From: an uncultured Solirubrobacterales bacterium
GTDB taxonomy: Bacteria; Actinomycetota; Thermoleophilia; Solirubrobacterales; Solirubrobacteraceae
Length of the DNA: 64,000 nucleotides
Direction of reading: 5' to 3'
Assembly: GCA_963705845.1 (NCBI GenBank)
Contig: CAVPKX010000008.1
Span: forward strand, 215,514-279,513
Part shown: positions 1 to 9,660 of the stretch, one piece after another
Layout of the letters: the number at the start of each line of letters is the position of its first letter
Position numbering within the stretch: the stretch's first letter is position 1
Notes under the pieces: model-generated
Seen by the model: only the letters and a program-made list of their open reading frames with translations
What the model was told of the DNA's origin: nothing
Databases searched by the model: none
Made by a program: the position numbers and the translations under genes

Positions 1-23
1 CGCTTCCAGCCCGCGAGCCGAGT

Positions 24-758
24 ATGCGTCGCGCAATCATCGCGACGCTGGCACTGTCGGGAGTCCGCGCATCGGAGCTCTGTGCCTTGAGATGGCGCGA
101 TATCGACTTCACCAACCGACGCATCACCGTTTCTGGCACCAAGAGCGACGCCGCTGAGCGCGTAATCAAGATTGCGGACCTTCTGCGCCAGGAGCTCCTG
201 CGCTGGAGGCTCGAGGCACCTTCGACCGATCCGGATGCGTTGGTCTTTCCGACAGCTACAGAGAGCCAACGCGACAAGGACAACCTGCGTCGTAACGTCG
301 TGGCGCCAGCGCTGCGCGAGGCCAACAGAGTGCGGCGCCTGGGCGACCTTCCGCCGATCACGGGGCGCATCTCGCCGCACGCACTCCGCCGGACGTTCGT
401 TGCACTGATGCTCGCTCACGGCAACTCGGTCAAGACCACACAGGTGCAGGCCGGCCACGCGGACGCACGCACGACGCTGAACGTCTACGCACAGGTGATC
501 GACACCGATTTCGAGCCGACGCGAGATCAGCTGACGCGGCTGTGCACGTACAGCGCGGAGGGCGGCGAGCGGGTCGGCGCTGGACGCCACCGGACCGCCG
601 TCGCCACCCAAGCACCGCCGTGGCCTACGACCGCGCGACGCGAGGAGCCACAACGCGCCCCCCGGCGCCGCCCGACGGTGAGCTTCACCGGTCAGCTCCA
701 GCGCGACGGGGCTCCTACCGTCACGCCAAGCATCCGGTACCCATTCGGGTCGCGGTAG
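24..758 (+). CDS. Tyrosine recombinase/integrase, catalytic domain (probably 5'-truncated by the window edge)
   Basis: Catalytic residues in order: SGVRASE (R), GTKS (K), HALRR (HxxR), QAGH, TTLNVY (Y). The frame is open upstream to the window start. Confidence 0.92.
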   Translation: MRRAIIATLALSGVRASELCALRWRDIDFTNRRITVSGTKSDAAERVIKIADLLRQELLRWRLEAPSTDPDALVFPTATESQRDKDNLRRNVVAPALREANRVRRLGDLPPITGRISPHALRRTFVALMLAHGNSVKTTQVQAGHADARTTLNVYAQVIDTDFEPTRDQLTRLCTYSAEGGERVGAGRHRTAVATQAPPWPTTARREEPQRAPRRRPTVSFTGQLQRDGAPTVTPSIRYPFGSR

Positions 759-786
759 CCACCGCCAGTGCCGCCGTGGTCGCCGA

Positions 787-1644
787 TCAGTCGCGTCGTG
801 CGCCGGCGTGCGCCGTGATCGACGCCCCTGATGTGGCGCGTCGCGGCTTGGCGCCTTGACGTAGCAGCTTGAGCGGCTCGCGACTGATCCTCGGGCCAGG
901 TTGTGAGGCGAGCCATCCCTGCAGCTGCCCGATGCCCCCGATCGTCCAGGCCTCCCCGCCCTCGGGGCCGTACCAGACCCGCGGCGGCTCGTCGGTGTAG
1001 GGGCAGAGGAACACGACCTTGGTCGCGTACGCGAGCTGGGCACTGAGCAGCGATCGCAGGTCGCGGACGATCGCGTCGATCGCCGGCAGGTCCCGAAGGA
1101 TCGCCTGAACGGTTGCAGCGTCGTCCATCGATCCGTCCAGCGGCAGGACCGCGTAAGCGCCGGTCCGGGTGAAGAGCGTGTGAGGAACCGATGAGCCGCC
1201 GAGCAAGAGGTCAAGCTCGACGAGCACGTCCTCGCTTGCGAGCGCGCGGATCTGATGGTCGGCCGCGTCGCGTGCGAACCACAGGCGCCGACTGCTTTGA
1301 ATGCGCTCTGCCAGGCGATTGACGCCAAGCTCCTGAAGCTCGGCGTCGAGATCATGCTGCTCGTCGACCTGCAACTCCGGTGCGAGGGGACGCCTCGCGG
1401 TCGAGATCAGATCGGATTGAGCGTCTGTGCGGTGCGCCCACGATCGGTGATCCTGCACGTCGCGCCCCTGGCCGTCCGCCACCACCGGTTCCGCAGGCGC
1501 TGGAGAGCCGCGTTGGACGCTCGAGCTCGGTCCAACGCGCCGAGACCGGAGGCTTACGAGGAGCCCGAGGATGCAGACCGCGATGGCCAGCAGCCCGGCA
1601 AGACGGAGATCCGCGCCGATCGTCGAAAGGATGTCAGCCGCCAT
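787..1644 (-). CDS. Membrane-anchored hypothetical protein with a degenerate NERD-like domain
   Basis: Start MAADILS at 1644, followed by a TM helix (LLAIAVCILGLLVSL). VPHTLFTRTGAYAVL aligns loosely with the NERD IDH..GPxGVFVIExK motif but lacks the acidic/Lys residues. Confidence 0.55.
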   Translation of the reverse strand: MAADILSTIGADLRLAGLLAIAVCILGLLVSLRSRRVGPSSSVQRGSPAPAEPVVADGQGRDVQDHRSWAHRTDAQSDLISTARRPLAPELQVDEQHDLDAELQELGVNRLAERIQSSRRLWFARDAADHQIRALASEDVLVELDLLLGGSSVPHTLFTRTGAYAVLPLDGSMDDAATVQAILRDLPAIDAIVRDLRSLLSAQLAYATKVVFLCPYTDEPPRVWYGPEGGEAWTIGGIGQLQGWLASQPGPRISREPLKLLRQGAKPRRATSGASITAHAGARRD

Positions 1645-1983
1645 GCACCGACCCCCACCCGCGGTGTGGCACCTCAGTCCCAACTGACGGCGCATCGGCG
1701 GGACGAACGTGCGATGGGACCGGCAGCGCCGGTGAGCCTGTTGGTCGCAGCGCACACAAGCCAGACATCACACCGATCAGCGTAGTCCCGACAGGGGACG
1801 AGCCGAAGCCCGTGCGCCTGACGGCGTCGAGCCCTCGCGTCAGCGGTCCCCTCTCTGACGCGAGCACTGCCGCGCGCTGGCTTGCTGGCACGTGCTGCGC
1901 CATGACCACGCCCGCCGAGCATTCGTCACCGTCCACGCTTGCGAGCGCGCCTAATGCGCGCGAACCGTGTCAGGATCGGGCCG

Positions 1984-2268
1984 ATGGCGATCGAGATCTT
2001 CCGCCATGACGACGACGGCTACGAGCGTTGGCTGCGTGCCAACCGCGACGGTTTCGTCGTCAACGCACGCCAGCGCATCACGTCCGCCTACCTGCGCCTT
2101 CACCGCGCGTGGTGTGACCACATAACCACCCTGCACCCCGGCGCCACGACCTGGACCTGCGGCGAGTACGTCAAGATCTGTGGGAGCGATCGTGAGGCGC
2201 TCGAGCGCTGGGCGGCTGACGTGCTCGGCGGCCAGCTCGACAACCGCTGCTACTGCCTGGCCGAGTAG
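1984..2268 (+). CDS. Small Cys/His-rich hypothetical protein
   Basis: FRHDDDGYERW...LHRAWC...YVKIC...RCYC; protein-like composition with potential Zn ligands. Confidence 0.7.
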   Translation: MAIEIFRHDDDGYERWLRANRDGFVVNARQRITSAYLRLHRAWCDHITTLHPGATTWTCGEYVKICGSDREALERWAADVLGGQLDNRCYCLAE

Positions 2269-2349
2269 CGGCTTCACCTGGGCGCCGGGCCCTAGAACCC
2301 GGAGACCGGGGCCTCATCGATCCGAGAGACGTTCCCCCGCAGCCGCCGG

Positions 2350-3747
2350 TCACCATCGTTCGGCGACGGACGCCGCCGCCTCGGCGCCGACGAACGGCGC
2401 GAGCGCCGCGTACGTTTCTTCCGGTAGTAGGGTGGGGAGCTGCTCAGGCGGATTGTGAAGGAGGAACGCTTGAGTGATGCGGTAGATACCTCCGCGTATG
2501 GCCTCGGAGACGACTTCGTGCGGCGGCGGTATGGCGGCGGTCTCGCGGTATCCCGGCTCCAACGCAGCGGTGACCAGCTGGAGCTCGGTCTCCCGTAGCT
2601 CCAACAGCTCCGAACCGGCGGCGTAGATCTCCAAGAAGCCGATCCGGGCCAGCTCTGGGTTTGTCGCGAGGAAGCGAAGCTGGGCGGCGAGTCCAGCATG
2701 GACGGCTGACCGCCAGTCCGTTTCGGCGCTGTAGGCCTTCAGGCAATAGGCGATCATCGCTCTACTCCCGGCGCGGTAAGCCGCGGTGAACGCCTCGTTC
2801 GCGGTGTTGAAGTACTTGCGGATCGTGTGGTGGGAGACGCCGGCGGCGCGGGCGATCTTGTTCAGCGACAGTGCGGCGTAGCCACCGTCGCTGACGATGC
2901 GCGTCGTCGCTTGAATGATCCGCGCCTGCTGCTCTTGTAGCGCTATGGGGCGCGCAGACTCGTCTCGCCACAGGGGGGCGCTGCCGAGCTCCCGCTCCAG
3001 CCTCTCCCCAGTGAGGTCGGCCGCAGGCGTGTCGGTGGGCACCGCTGTGGCGGGGAGGTCCGCGCGTGCGTGTGCGACGATCGCCGCTGCGTCTCGCGAA
3101 CGGTAGGAGAGCATCCACGCCAGCAGCGGGTCGGCAAGCAAGAGGAGCTCGTCAGTCTTGTCGTGTCGAAGACGCGAGGTGACGATCTCGAGTACGCCCC
3201 CGACGATCACCTTGATCATCTCAGGCGGAAGCCCTGGCGGCTCCGGTGCCGCGAAGGCTTGCTCGACCATTCGCTCGAGCTCGTCGACCGCCTGTTCGAG
3301 ACGCCGCAGACCACGCTCGCCGCAGTTCAGCACCTCGATCAAGACCACTCGCGCCCCGAGTGGGTCGCTCAGAACCCGTCCAAACAGCGCCAGCAGGCCC
3401 GCGCGAAGCCTCGCGTGAACTGCGTCCTCGATGCCGTTGCTCGCGAGCGTTTCCTGGTAGGCGAGGGCACCCTGACGCATCCAATCACGCAGAACGGCGT
3501 CGAATGCCGAGATGAAGCAATCCTGCTTGTCCTTGAAGTTCTCGTAGAAGGTCCGCCGCGATACGCCCGCTCGCGACAGCACAGCTTCGACGGTTGTACC
3601 CACGTACCCGGTTTCGGCCACGACCTGGACCATCGCGGCGTGTAGCCGAGCTCGCTGATCGGCACTGACAAGCTCGGGCGCGAGGCCGTGCTGGCCGCTT
3701 GGGATCCTCGCGTAGCGCGAGCGGTTCTCCGCTGGATCATCGAGCAT
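2350..3747 (-). CDS. Tandem (double) TetR/AcrR family transcriptional regulator
   Basis: Two TetR HTH units: GYVGTTVEAVLSRAGVSRRTFYENF and GYAALSLNKIARAAGVSHHTIRKYF. Confidence 0.92.
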   Translation of the reverse strand: MLDDPAENRSRYARIPSGQHGLAPELVSADQRARLHAAMVQVVAETGYVGTTVEAVLSRAGVSRRTFYENFKDKQDCFISAFDAVLRDWMRQGALAYQETLASNGIEDAVHARLRAGLLALFGRVLSDPLGARVVLIEVLNCGERGLRRLEQAVDELERMVEQAFAAPEPPGLPPEMIKVIVGGVLEIVTSRLRHDKTDELLLLADPLLAWMLSYRSRDAAAIVAHARADLPATAVPTDTPAADLTGERLERELGSAPLWRDESARPIALQEQQARIIQATTRIVSDGGYAALSLNKIARAAGVSHHTIRKYFNTANEAFTAAYRAGSRAMIAYCLKAYSAETDWRSAVHAGLAAQLRFLATNPELARIGFLEIYAAGSELLELRETELQLVTAALEPGYRETAAIPPPHEVVSEAIRGGIYRITQAFLLHNPPEQLPTLLPEETYAALAPFVGAEAAASVAERW

Positions 3748-3954
3748 TGCGTTGCCCGAGGCCCCGGGACTTAACAGTTGGCAGGCCGCTTACGCGCACC
3801 GGGTGGACCGCAGGCACGCGCAGCGTACCCACTCCGGTACCCGCGGACCCAGCGTTTGCAGCAGCGCTCTGGGTGTCGGGCGAATGTCTGGCGAACGGCC
3901 GCCATCTTCCCACGGAGCGCCCAAACACACGTCGCGGCTACCAGATACATGGCC

Positions 3955-3984
3955 TTGCCCTTAGAAACATCAGACGGCTATACT
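3955..3984 (+). promoter_or_regulatory. Sigma70-type promoter, probably leaderless
   Basis: TTGCCC-N18-TATACT, with ATG 3989 four nt downstream. Confidence 0.55.
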
Positions 3985-3988
3985 GCTC

Positions 3989-4501
3989 ATGAGGAGGAAC
4001 GCGACCGAACGCGCGCCTCCGTCCGGAGGATTGGAAGCGCTGTTGAGTCAGACGCAGCTGTTCCGAGCAAGCAACATCACGTTGACTCCGCGTCCGGCGC
4101 GCCAGCGCTATGGGGTCGGCATTCGCGTCTTCACGGATCGGGGGTTGCTCCGGCAGATCCGCACCGAGATCATCCGCAACGAGATGCTGCCCGAGGAGAT
4201 CGCAGCGCTGGAAAACGTCCCGCCCGGCGTACTGATTGCGCTGCTCGACGAGCGGCTGGCAACGGAGGCGGACTCGGGTTCGCAGCTGCGCGAGTTCGCA
4301 GCGTCGCATGCGGGGTTTCAGGTCGTCGCCTGGCGCACGACGCGCAAACGCGCGTCGAAGCTACACATCCTCGATGCCGACGGCGTCGCGCTGTGCGGGA
4401 CGGCCCCCGGGGCAGAGCGCGCACCGGTGCACGCGGGCCCTTGCTCGACGTGCGCCGCCCACGCTGGCTCGACCCCGCAGCACACGGCTCGAGCGGCGTA
4501 A
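3989..4501 (+). CDS. Hypothetical protein with C-terminal His/Cys motif
   Basis: 170-aa ORF after a promoter-like sequence; LHI...LCG...CSTC. Confidence 0.6.
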   Translation: MRRNATERAPPSGGLEALLSQTQLFRASNITLTPRPARQRYGVGIRVFTDRGLLRQIRTEIIRNEMLPEEIAALENVPPGVLIALLDERLATEADSGSQLREFAASHAGFQVVAWRTTRKRASKLHILDADGVALCGTAPGAERAPVHAGPCSTCAAHAGSTPQHTARAA

Positions 4502-4575
4502 CTCGCCTGCAAGCCCTGGCGAGGACCCGGTCCTAGCCCTTACGTGGTCCGCGACTCGACCGAGCCAGTAGTTGA

Positions 4576-5052
4576 TCACCCATCGCACCTCGTGGGCAAC
4601 GCCGCCCGCCGATGGCAGACGTACGATGGGGGATCCCCACACGCAGTGAGGTCGGCGAGGTTGAGCGCGGCTCCATGTGCGCTACCGAGGTCGGCGGTGC
4701 AGCTCATCCACACACCCGGCCGGTTGGCGGCGGCGGGAAGCAATCGTGCCGGGAAGCGCACCGGACGGCGCGGGTGCCACTCGGGTAGCACAAGCAACGC
4801 CTCCTCAGCCTCGACTCCAGCCACCCACGCGTATGTCCTGTAGCGACGTCCGGCGAGGTACCCGATGAACCGGTAGTGGCGCCCGTTGCCGCTCTCGTCA
4901 ACTGCGAGCAGCCGCTCGGCACTCAGCTCGATCCGTTCCTTTAGACCGTCGGCCTTGACGGCGAACACGCGGCCGTTCTTGAGGTGGTCGGTGACCCGGA
5001 AGGGCCGGCGTCCCCTGCCGTGAAGCGCCGTGAACCGCTGGCCGTTGACCAC
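4576..5052 (-). CDS. Hypothetical protein
   Basis: The protein-like 3' part of ORF 4576..5529 begins at GTG 5052 (VVNGQRF...); the upstream part overlaps the next gene. Confidence 0.55.
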   Translation of the reverse strand: MVNGQRFTALHGRGRRPFRVTDHLKNGRVFAVKADGLKERIELSAERLLAVDESGNGRHYRFIGYLAGRRYRTYAWVAGVEAEEALLVLPEWHPRRPVRFPARLLPAAANRPGVWMSCTADLGSAHGAALNLADLTACGDPPSYVCHRRAALPTRCDG

Positions 5053-5168
5053 GCGGCAAGGATGCGCGGGCGGGCCCCAGCCCCCGTCAGAAGGGCTCGC
5101 CGCCGGGCTGCGCGCCTTGACGCGAGCGCCTTGCCCCCGAAGCTTCTTTCCAGCGGCGCCCACTGCCC

Positions 5169-6524
5169 TCAGGTCTCTGTTACGCCGATCGCGGCAGAAA
5201 CCCCAGTGGTCGGAGGGTCGCCGCCGGCTTCCTGCGGCGCTACAGCGCGAAACTCGTATCGGTGGAGGCCGCCGAGACGGAAGCGGTATCGGGCGGCGAA
5301 GCTGCCATCGGGCTTCGCTCGCAATGCTTGGAAGGTGATCCAGGGCCCGTCGAGAGCGACCCGGTGGCGAGCCCGGCCGCGCCCGCGTCGAGCGATGCGC
5401 ACGGTGCGTGCCTCGAGGTAGACCGGCTTCCCGCTCGCCGATCGCCCCGCTGCGGCCACGCGACCGCCGAGCATGATCACGGTGTGGCGGTGCACGTGAT
5501 GGGGCGAGACCTGGAGCGAGACGCTCCAAGGCACCTGCGAAGACGCATTGAAGGTGCTTATCGTGCCGTCAAAGACAGTGGCGCTGTTGCCCGCGGCGTC
5601 GGTGACCGTGACAACGAGTTCGTGCGCTCCGGTCGCGAAGTCGCTCGTGTCGACGGGGATCGAGACTGTCTCGGTCTGCTTGCACGGTTGCTCGTAGAGG
5701 AACTCAGGTACGCCGTTGGCGGCGGTTCCGACCCTTTTGCATTTTCCGGAGTTTGTGTCGGGGCTTTCGTTATAGACCGAGTGGCCATCGATCGCCGCCG
5801 TGACCTGCCAGATGCCTGGACCGGTCGGAACCGAGGCCGTGAACACGAGGTCCTGGACACCACTTGCGTTGGGCGTAAGCAGGCCGCCGCTGAAGCCCGA
5901 CCCGGCGGGGCTCACGTTCGTTTCGAGCACGATCTGCGCCGCGTAGATCGCGATCCTCGCGTTGACCCCACTGCTTTCGCCGCAACCTTCGCTGAACGGG
6001 AAGCAGATCGCGTTCGCGTACAGGCTGCTGACACTGGCATGGTTGATCGGGACCCACGTCGTCGGCCCGGCTATGCCGCAGCTTTCGCTTAGCCCGCAGA
6101 CCACCACCTGGTAGGCAGTGTCATAGCTTTGTTCCGATGTCAGCACCGCGGCAATGCCATGCGGTGCAGTGAGGCTTACATCAAGCCGACCCCCCGTGAT
6201 CTCAGATCCGATAGGAGCGGTGAAACGCCACTGGTAGCCGCTGCTGGCCGGCTGCACCCATTTGCCGCTGCTGACGGCCACGAGTGCGCCACCCGGTTCG
6301 GCGCACGAGTTCACCCCTTCGGTGTAAAAGCCCGGGCTGCCCAGGGGTACGGTGCTCCATCCATCCGTCGGTGCCGGCTGTCCATCCGTCTGTTGGCATG
6401 AGACGAGGGCCCAAGTCCCGGCGTTGGCGTTCGGGGCGAAAGCGAGGATTGATATGCCGGCGAGTATCACCACAGCGCTTGCAAGTGTGCGGTGCCCTGG
6501 TCTTGCGGGTATGTGCGTGGTCAT
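5169..6524 (-). CDS. Secreted Cys-containing beta-rich protein with Ig-like domain and conserved Arg-rich C-terminal domain (paralog 1)
   Basis: Signal peptide ending ANA|GTW; Ig-like motif GAHELVVTVTDAAGN; C-terminal ~118 aa homologous to the genes at 55589 and 57010. Confidence 0.85.
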   Translation of the reverse strand: MTTHIPARPGHRTLASAVVILAGISILAFAPNANAGTWALVSCQQTDGQPAPTDGWSTVPLGSPGFYTEGVNSCAEPGGALVAVSSGKWVQPASSGYQWRFTAPIGSEITGGRLDVSLTAPHGIAAVLTSEQSYDTAYQVVVCGLSESCGIAGPTTWVPINHASVSSLYANAICFPFSEGCGESSGVNARIAIYAAQIVLETNVSPAGSGFSGGLLTPNASGVQDLVFTASVPTGPGIWQVTAAIDGHSVYNESPDTNSGKCKRVGTAANGVPEFLYEQPCKQTETVSIPVDTSDFATGAHELVVTVTDAAGNSATVFDGTISTFNASSQVPWSVSLQVSPHHVHRHTVIMLGGRVAAAGRSASGKPVYLEARTVRIARRGRGRARHRVALDGPWITFQALRAKPDGSFAARYRFRLGGLHRYEFRAVAPQEAGGDPPTTGVSAAIGVTET

Positions 6525-6709
6525 GGTTGCCCCTTGCTTATGTCCGTGGCGGTGTCAAGTGACGTGCACCCCTACCACGTTACCCATGCTGGGTAGATAT
6601 CAGTAGCCGAAACAGTGGCTATCGTGTCGGTTGTCGACGGGCAGGCCAGGGTCCCCCCCTGTGAGTTGGTCCACAGCCCGGCGGCCGGCGTTCGGCCGGA
6701 CCGCGTACT

Positions 6710-7219
6710 TCATTCGAGGCTATCGATGAGCCACTGGCCGTTCTGGAGCACCAGGTGGACGGGGGAATCGAACCGGCTGGCGGCCTCCGCGCGCGGAGAG
6801 CCGCTGTCCGGGCTTGTGATCTGGCTCGGGTCAACGGTGGCGGTGTCCTGTTCTACCGTGATCTTGCCGACCTGGACGGTGTCGAGGACCGCGCGCTCGG
6901 CGCGGCTGAGCTGTGCCCCGACTGTGGTTATCGCCTGCTGGCAGAGCTCGGCGTTGGAGAGGGATCCGTCGCTCTGGCCGTTGGTCACCTGCTGGGCGAT
7001 CTGCTGTTGAGCTTGCGCGTCCATCAGCGCGCAGGCGCTCGAGCCCTCTCCGCCGGCCATCGCCCGAGCGAAGCCGGCGATCACCGAGCGGATCTGGGCG
7101 AGCGTCGCGCTCGACGGCGCGGCTGGTGGTGCGGTGAAGCCGACGCTTCCGCCACATCCCGCGATCGCGACCGCGGCCGTCAACGTCGCTGCCAGATAGG
7201 CGAAGCGCCTGAGTGCCAT
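6710..7219 (-). CDS. Lipoprotein, NTF2-like/DUF4878-type
   Basis: Lipobox AIAG|C; AC.LM...C pair; terminal LVLQNGQWLID strand. Confidence 0.8.
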   Translation of the reverse strand: MALRRFAYLAATLTAAVAIAGCGGSVGFTAPPAAPSSATLAQIRSVIAGFARAMAGGEGSSACALMDAQAQQQIAQQVTNGQSDGSLSNAELCQQAITTVGAQLSRAERAVLDTVQVGKITVEQDTATVDPSQITSPDSGSPRAEAASRFDSPVHLVLQNGQWLIDSLE

Positions 7220-7315
7220 GGTCCAGACACGGTAGGCGCGGCAAGGGACTACTAGGAGGTGTGCCCCTGCAATCGCTTTCTCGCTTGGCTCTGAGTCGTC
7301 GGCCGGGACCGAGCG

Positions 7316-7910
7316 CTACGCCGTCGTGGTGAGGGACTCGGCGAGGCGGCGTTGATAGTCCGCGCTGCACTCACGCAGAAACGGGACGAGGCGCTCGCAT
7401 CCGCACACGCTGACGCCATCTTCGATCCGCAGCTTGCCCGGCACGGCGGTCACGAGGATCGGGATCCCCGCCGTAAATAGTCGCGCCGCTCGGGCGGTGC
7501 GCCACACGTGCTCAGGCATGTAGCGGCGTGTCTTGGTCTCGATCACGAACGTCGGACCGCCCGGCGCGATCGCGACAGCGTCGATGTCCCCCGTTCCCCG
7601 GCCAGCGTACGTTCGTGTGGATATCCCATTCCTCGAGCCGCAACGGCTCGAGCATTTCATCGACCAGCTGCTCTGATCGGGCGCCGATTTCGGCGCGTCG
7701 GGCGAGTGCGAACTGCCGCCGGGCGCGCCAGCCCGCGAGCAGCGCGCCAATCACGGCGAGCGGCGCCAGTTGCGGTTGGGGCTCGGGTGAGAGCGCTAGC
7801 AACGCGGCGGCCAGGATGGCGAGGGCGCACACCGCGAGCCACCGCATCCCGCGAGCCTCGCGGAGCTCGGCGGCCCGCTGGGGAAACGAACGTTGCGTCA
7901 CGTAAGACAC
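7316..7910 (-). CDS. Membrane-anchored NERD (nuclease-related domain) protein, split by a 1-nt indel as sequenced
   Basis: ORF 7512..7910 has two TM helices and GARSEQLV. ORF 7316..7750 continues GDIDAVAIAPGGPTFVIETK. Removing one base from the C5 run near 7590 joins them (RWPGNGDID). Confidence 0.8.
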
Positions 7911-7911
7911 G

Positions 7912-8712
7912 CTAGCGCCCGCACAGGCGTCTGCGGCGCCGCCGAGACGGCATCACGGAGAGCACCCCTCGTCCGAGGCGCCGCATTCGCCCATCGCGAA
8001 GCGGCATCGCGGCGAGCTCGTCGTCGCGGTAGGCGACGATTGCCGCGATGGCGTCGCCGTAGCGCAGCTGGCGGTCGACCTCGTCGAGATCCTGACCTCC
8101 GAGGTCAAGGCGCTCGCCCACCACGAGCAGCAGCTGCTTCTGGTGCGCTGCCAGGTGAAGGGCCGGCCGGGCGGCGTGCTGGTCGCCGAGCGCAAGGCGC
8201 TCGCTGCCGTGGCGGGTAGTGATCCGCAGCGTGGCTCGCTCGCGCTGGATGCTCACGCTGGTAACTAGCGGCGGTTTGATCGTCTCCACGGACCGCCCGC
8301 CCGTGAGGCCGTCAAGCCGCAAGCTTGCCGACAGCGCGCGACCGGTCACCTCGAGCTGCTCGATGCGCTCAAGGTCCCAGACGAGCACGACCATCGGCAG
8401 CACGGCGGCGCGCACCGACAGCGTCCACTCGTGCTCGCCGCTCCGGGGCGTGTGCTGGCGCTCGCCGACCCCCGGGAGCTCCTCGACTTCGATCAGCCGT
8501 GAGGGGCTGCACGCCTCGTGCGCGAAGCGGATCAGCGTCTCGCCGTCGGAGGCGCGGCGCAGCGCGACCGCGCTCGCCCGACCCCCGTTTTGCGGGCTGA
8601 TCGACCCGGCGCAGATCATGCACGTAACGCCGCGCTCGACCGCCGTTGCGATCGCGCCGATGGTTTCGTCGCTGAGCAGCGCGCGCAGCTCGGGGTCGAT
8701 CGCAGCGATCAC
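7912..8712 (-). CDS. Hypothetical protein (CxxC...HxxC)
   Basis: GTG at 8712 overlaps the stop of the upstream gene (GTGA); CMIC and FAHEAC motifs. Confidence 0.65.
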   Translation of the reverse strand: MIAAIDPELRALLSDETIGAIATAVERGVTCMICAGSISPQNGGRASAVALRRASDGETLIRFAHEACSPSRLIEVEELPGVGERQHTPRSGEHEWTLSVRAAVLPMVVLVWDLERIEQLEVTGRALSASLRLDGLTGGRSVETIKPPLVTSVSIQRERATLRITTRHGSERLALGDQHAARPALHLAAHQKQLLLVVGERLDLGGQDLDEVDRQLRYGDAIAAIVAYRDDELAAMPLRDGRMRRLGRGVLSVMPSRRRRRRLCGR

Positions 8713-9272
8713 TCGACGATCTCCACGATGTCGTTGATCGACACCTCGCGCAGGTAGCCACCAGCGCCCGCCCAGCGGATCGTGGTCGGCTTGTCCGGCC
8801 CCTGCACGCGCTCGAAGCCCAGCAGCACCTGGTGGACCTTGACGACTTGCGACCGATGCGCGATCGCCGCAACGCGGGCGCGCGGTCTCGTGTCGGACAA
8901 GATCGCCGCGCCACGCCGGATCCGCACGCGGCGACCCCGCAGCGCCCGCGGCTGGCGCACCTGCTGGCGCCAGTCCGCGCGCGCGCCGCGCTTGTGCCAC
9001 GCGGTCGCGCGGAGCGCCGCCACACGATCATCGTCACCGAACGCTCGCAGGTACGCGCGCGTGGGAGTGATCTCGCCGGCGAGCATCGCGGCGCAGTCCA
9101 AGCACCAGCGGATGCGAGCGTCCTGCGCGTGGCGGAAGACCATCGGCTCGCCCTTGCGCACCAGTCCCTGGCAGTCCACGCAGCGGGCCGGCCAGCCGGC
9201 GACGTGCAAATACAAACGACCCCGATGGCGGTCGGGTGAGGGACGGTCCGCCGCGGCTTGCGAGCTTGACAT
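8709..9272 (-). CDS. Hypothetical protein with CxxC...CxxC zinc ribbon
   Basis: CVDC and CLDC; translationally coupled to the downstream gene. Confidence 0.6.
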   Translation of the reverse strand: MSSSQAAADRPSPDRHRGRLYLHVAGWPARCVDCQGLVRKGEPMVFRHAQDARIRWCLDCAAMLAGEITPTRAYLRAFGDDDRVAALRATAWHKRGARADWRQQVRQPRALRGRRVRIRRGAAILSDTRPRARVAAIAHRSQVVKVHQVLLGFERVQGPDKPTTIRWAGAGGYLREVSINDIVEIVE

Positions 9273-9660
9273 CGCCCTGGAGAATGAGCGTCGCGCGGGC
9301 CAACTCCGGGCACTGCGACGATCCAGCAGTGGGCACCGCCCGGGACCGCTCCTTGGACGCCGGATTGAACATGTACAGAGAAACTGCAGCGACGGCCCCG
9401 CAGGCGCGGCTGTCTGTCAGGCTCGGAGGAGGTCGCGCGCGGCCATCGCAGGCCCCGCGCGACCCCGGGCGCCGTTTGCGACTCGTCGCGGGGTTTGGTA
9501 CATGACCGGTTAGAGGTCAGTCGATCAGAGGAGCCGCCGTCTGGCTTTCAATGCTGGACGATCGAAGCCGCCTCATCGCGGTGGTCAGCTCTTGTGGCCG
9601 TGTTCAAGCACCCGGCGGCGCGGCCTTGGCGCTGCTAGGCGTGCCGAGCGGCGTCCGCGC

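Noticed and set aside
1..800. tRNA/att site next to the integrase
   Set aside because: No tRNA-like sequence or att repeat is visible; the site may lie outside the window.
6581..6595. Palindrome TACCCA-TGC-TGGGTA upstream of paralog 1
   Set aside because: Single occurrence; no matching site found upstream of the other paralogs, so no regulator could be assigned.
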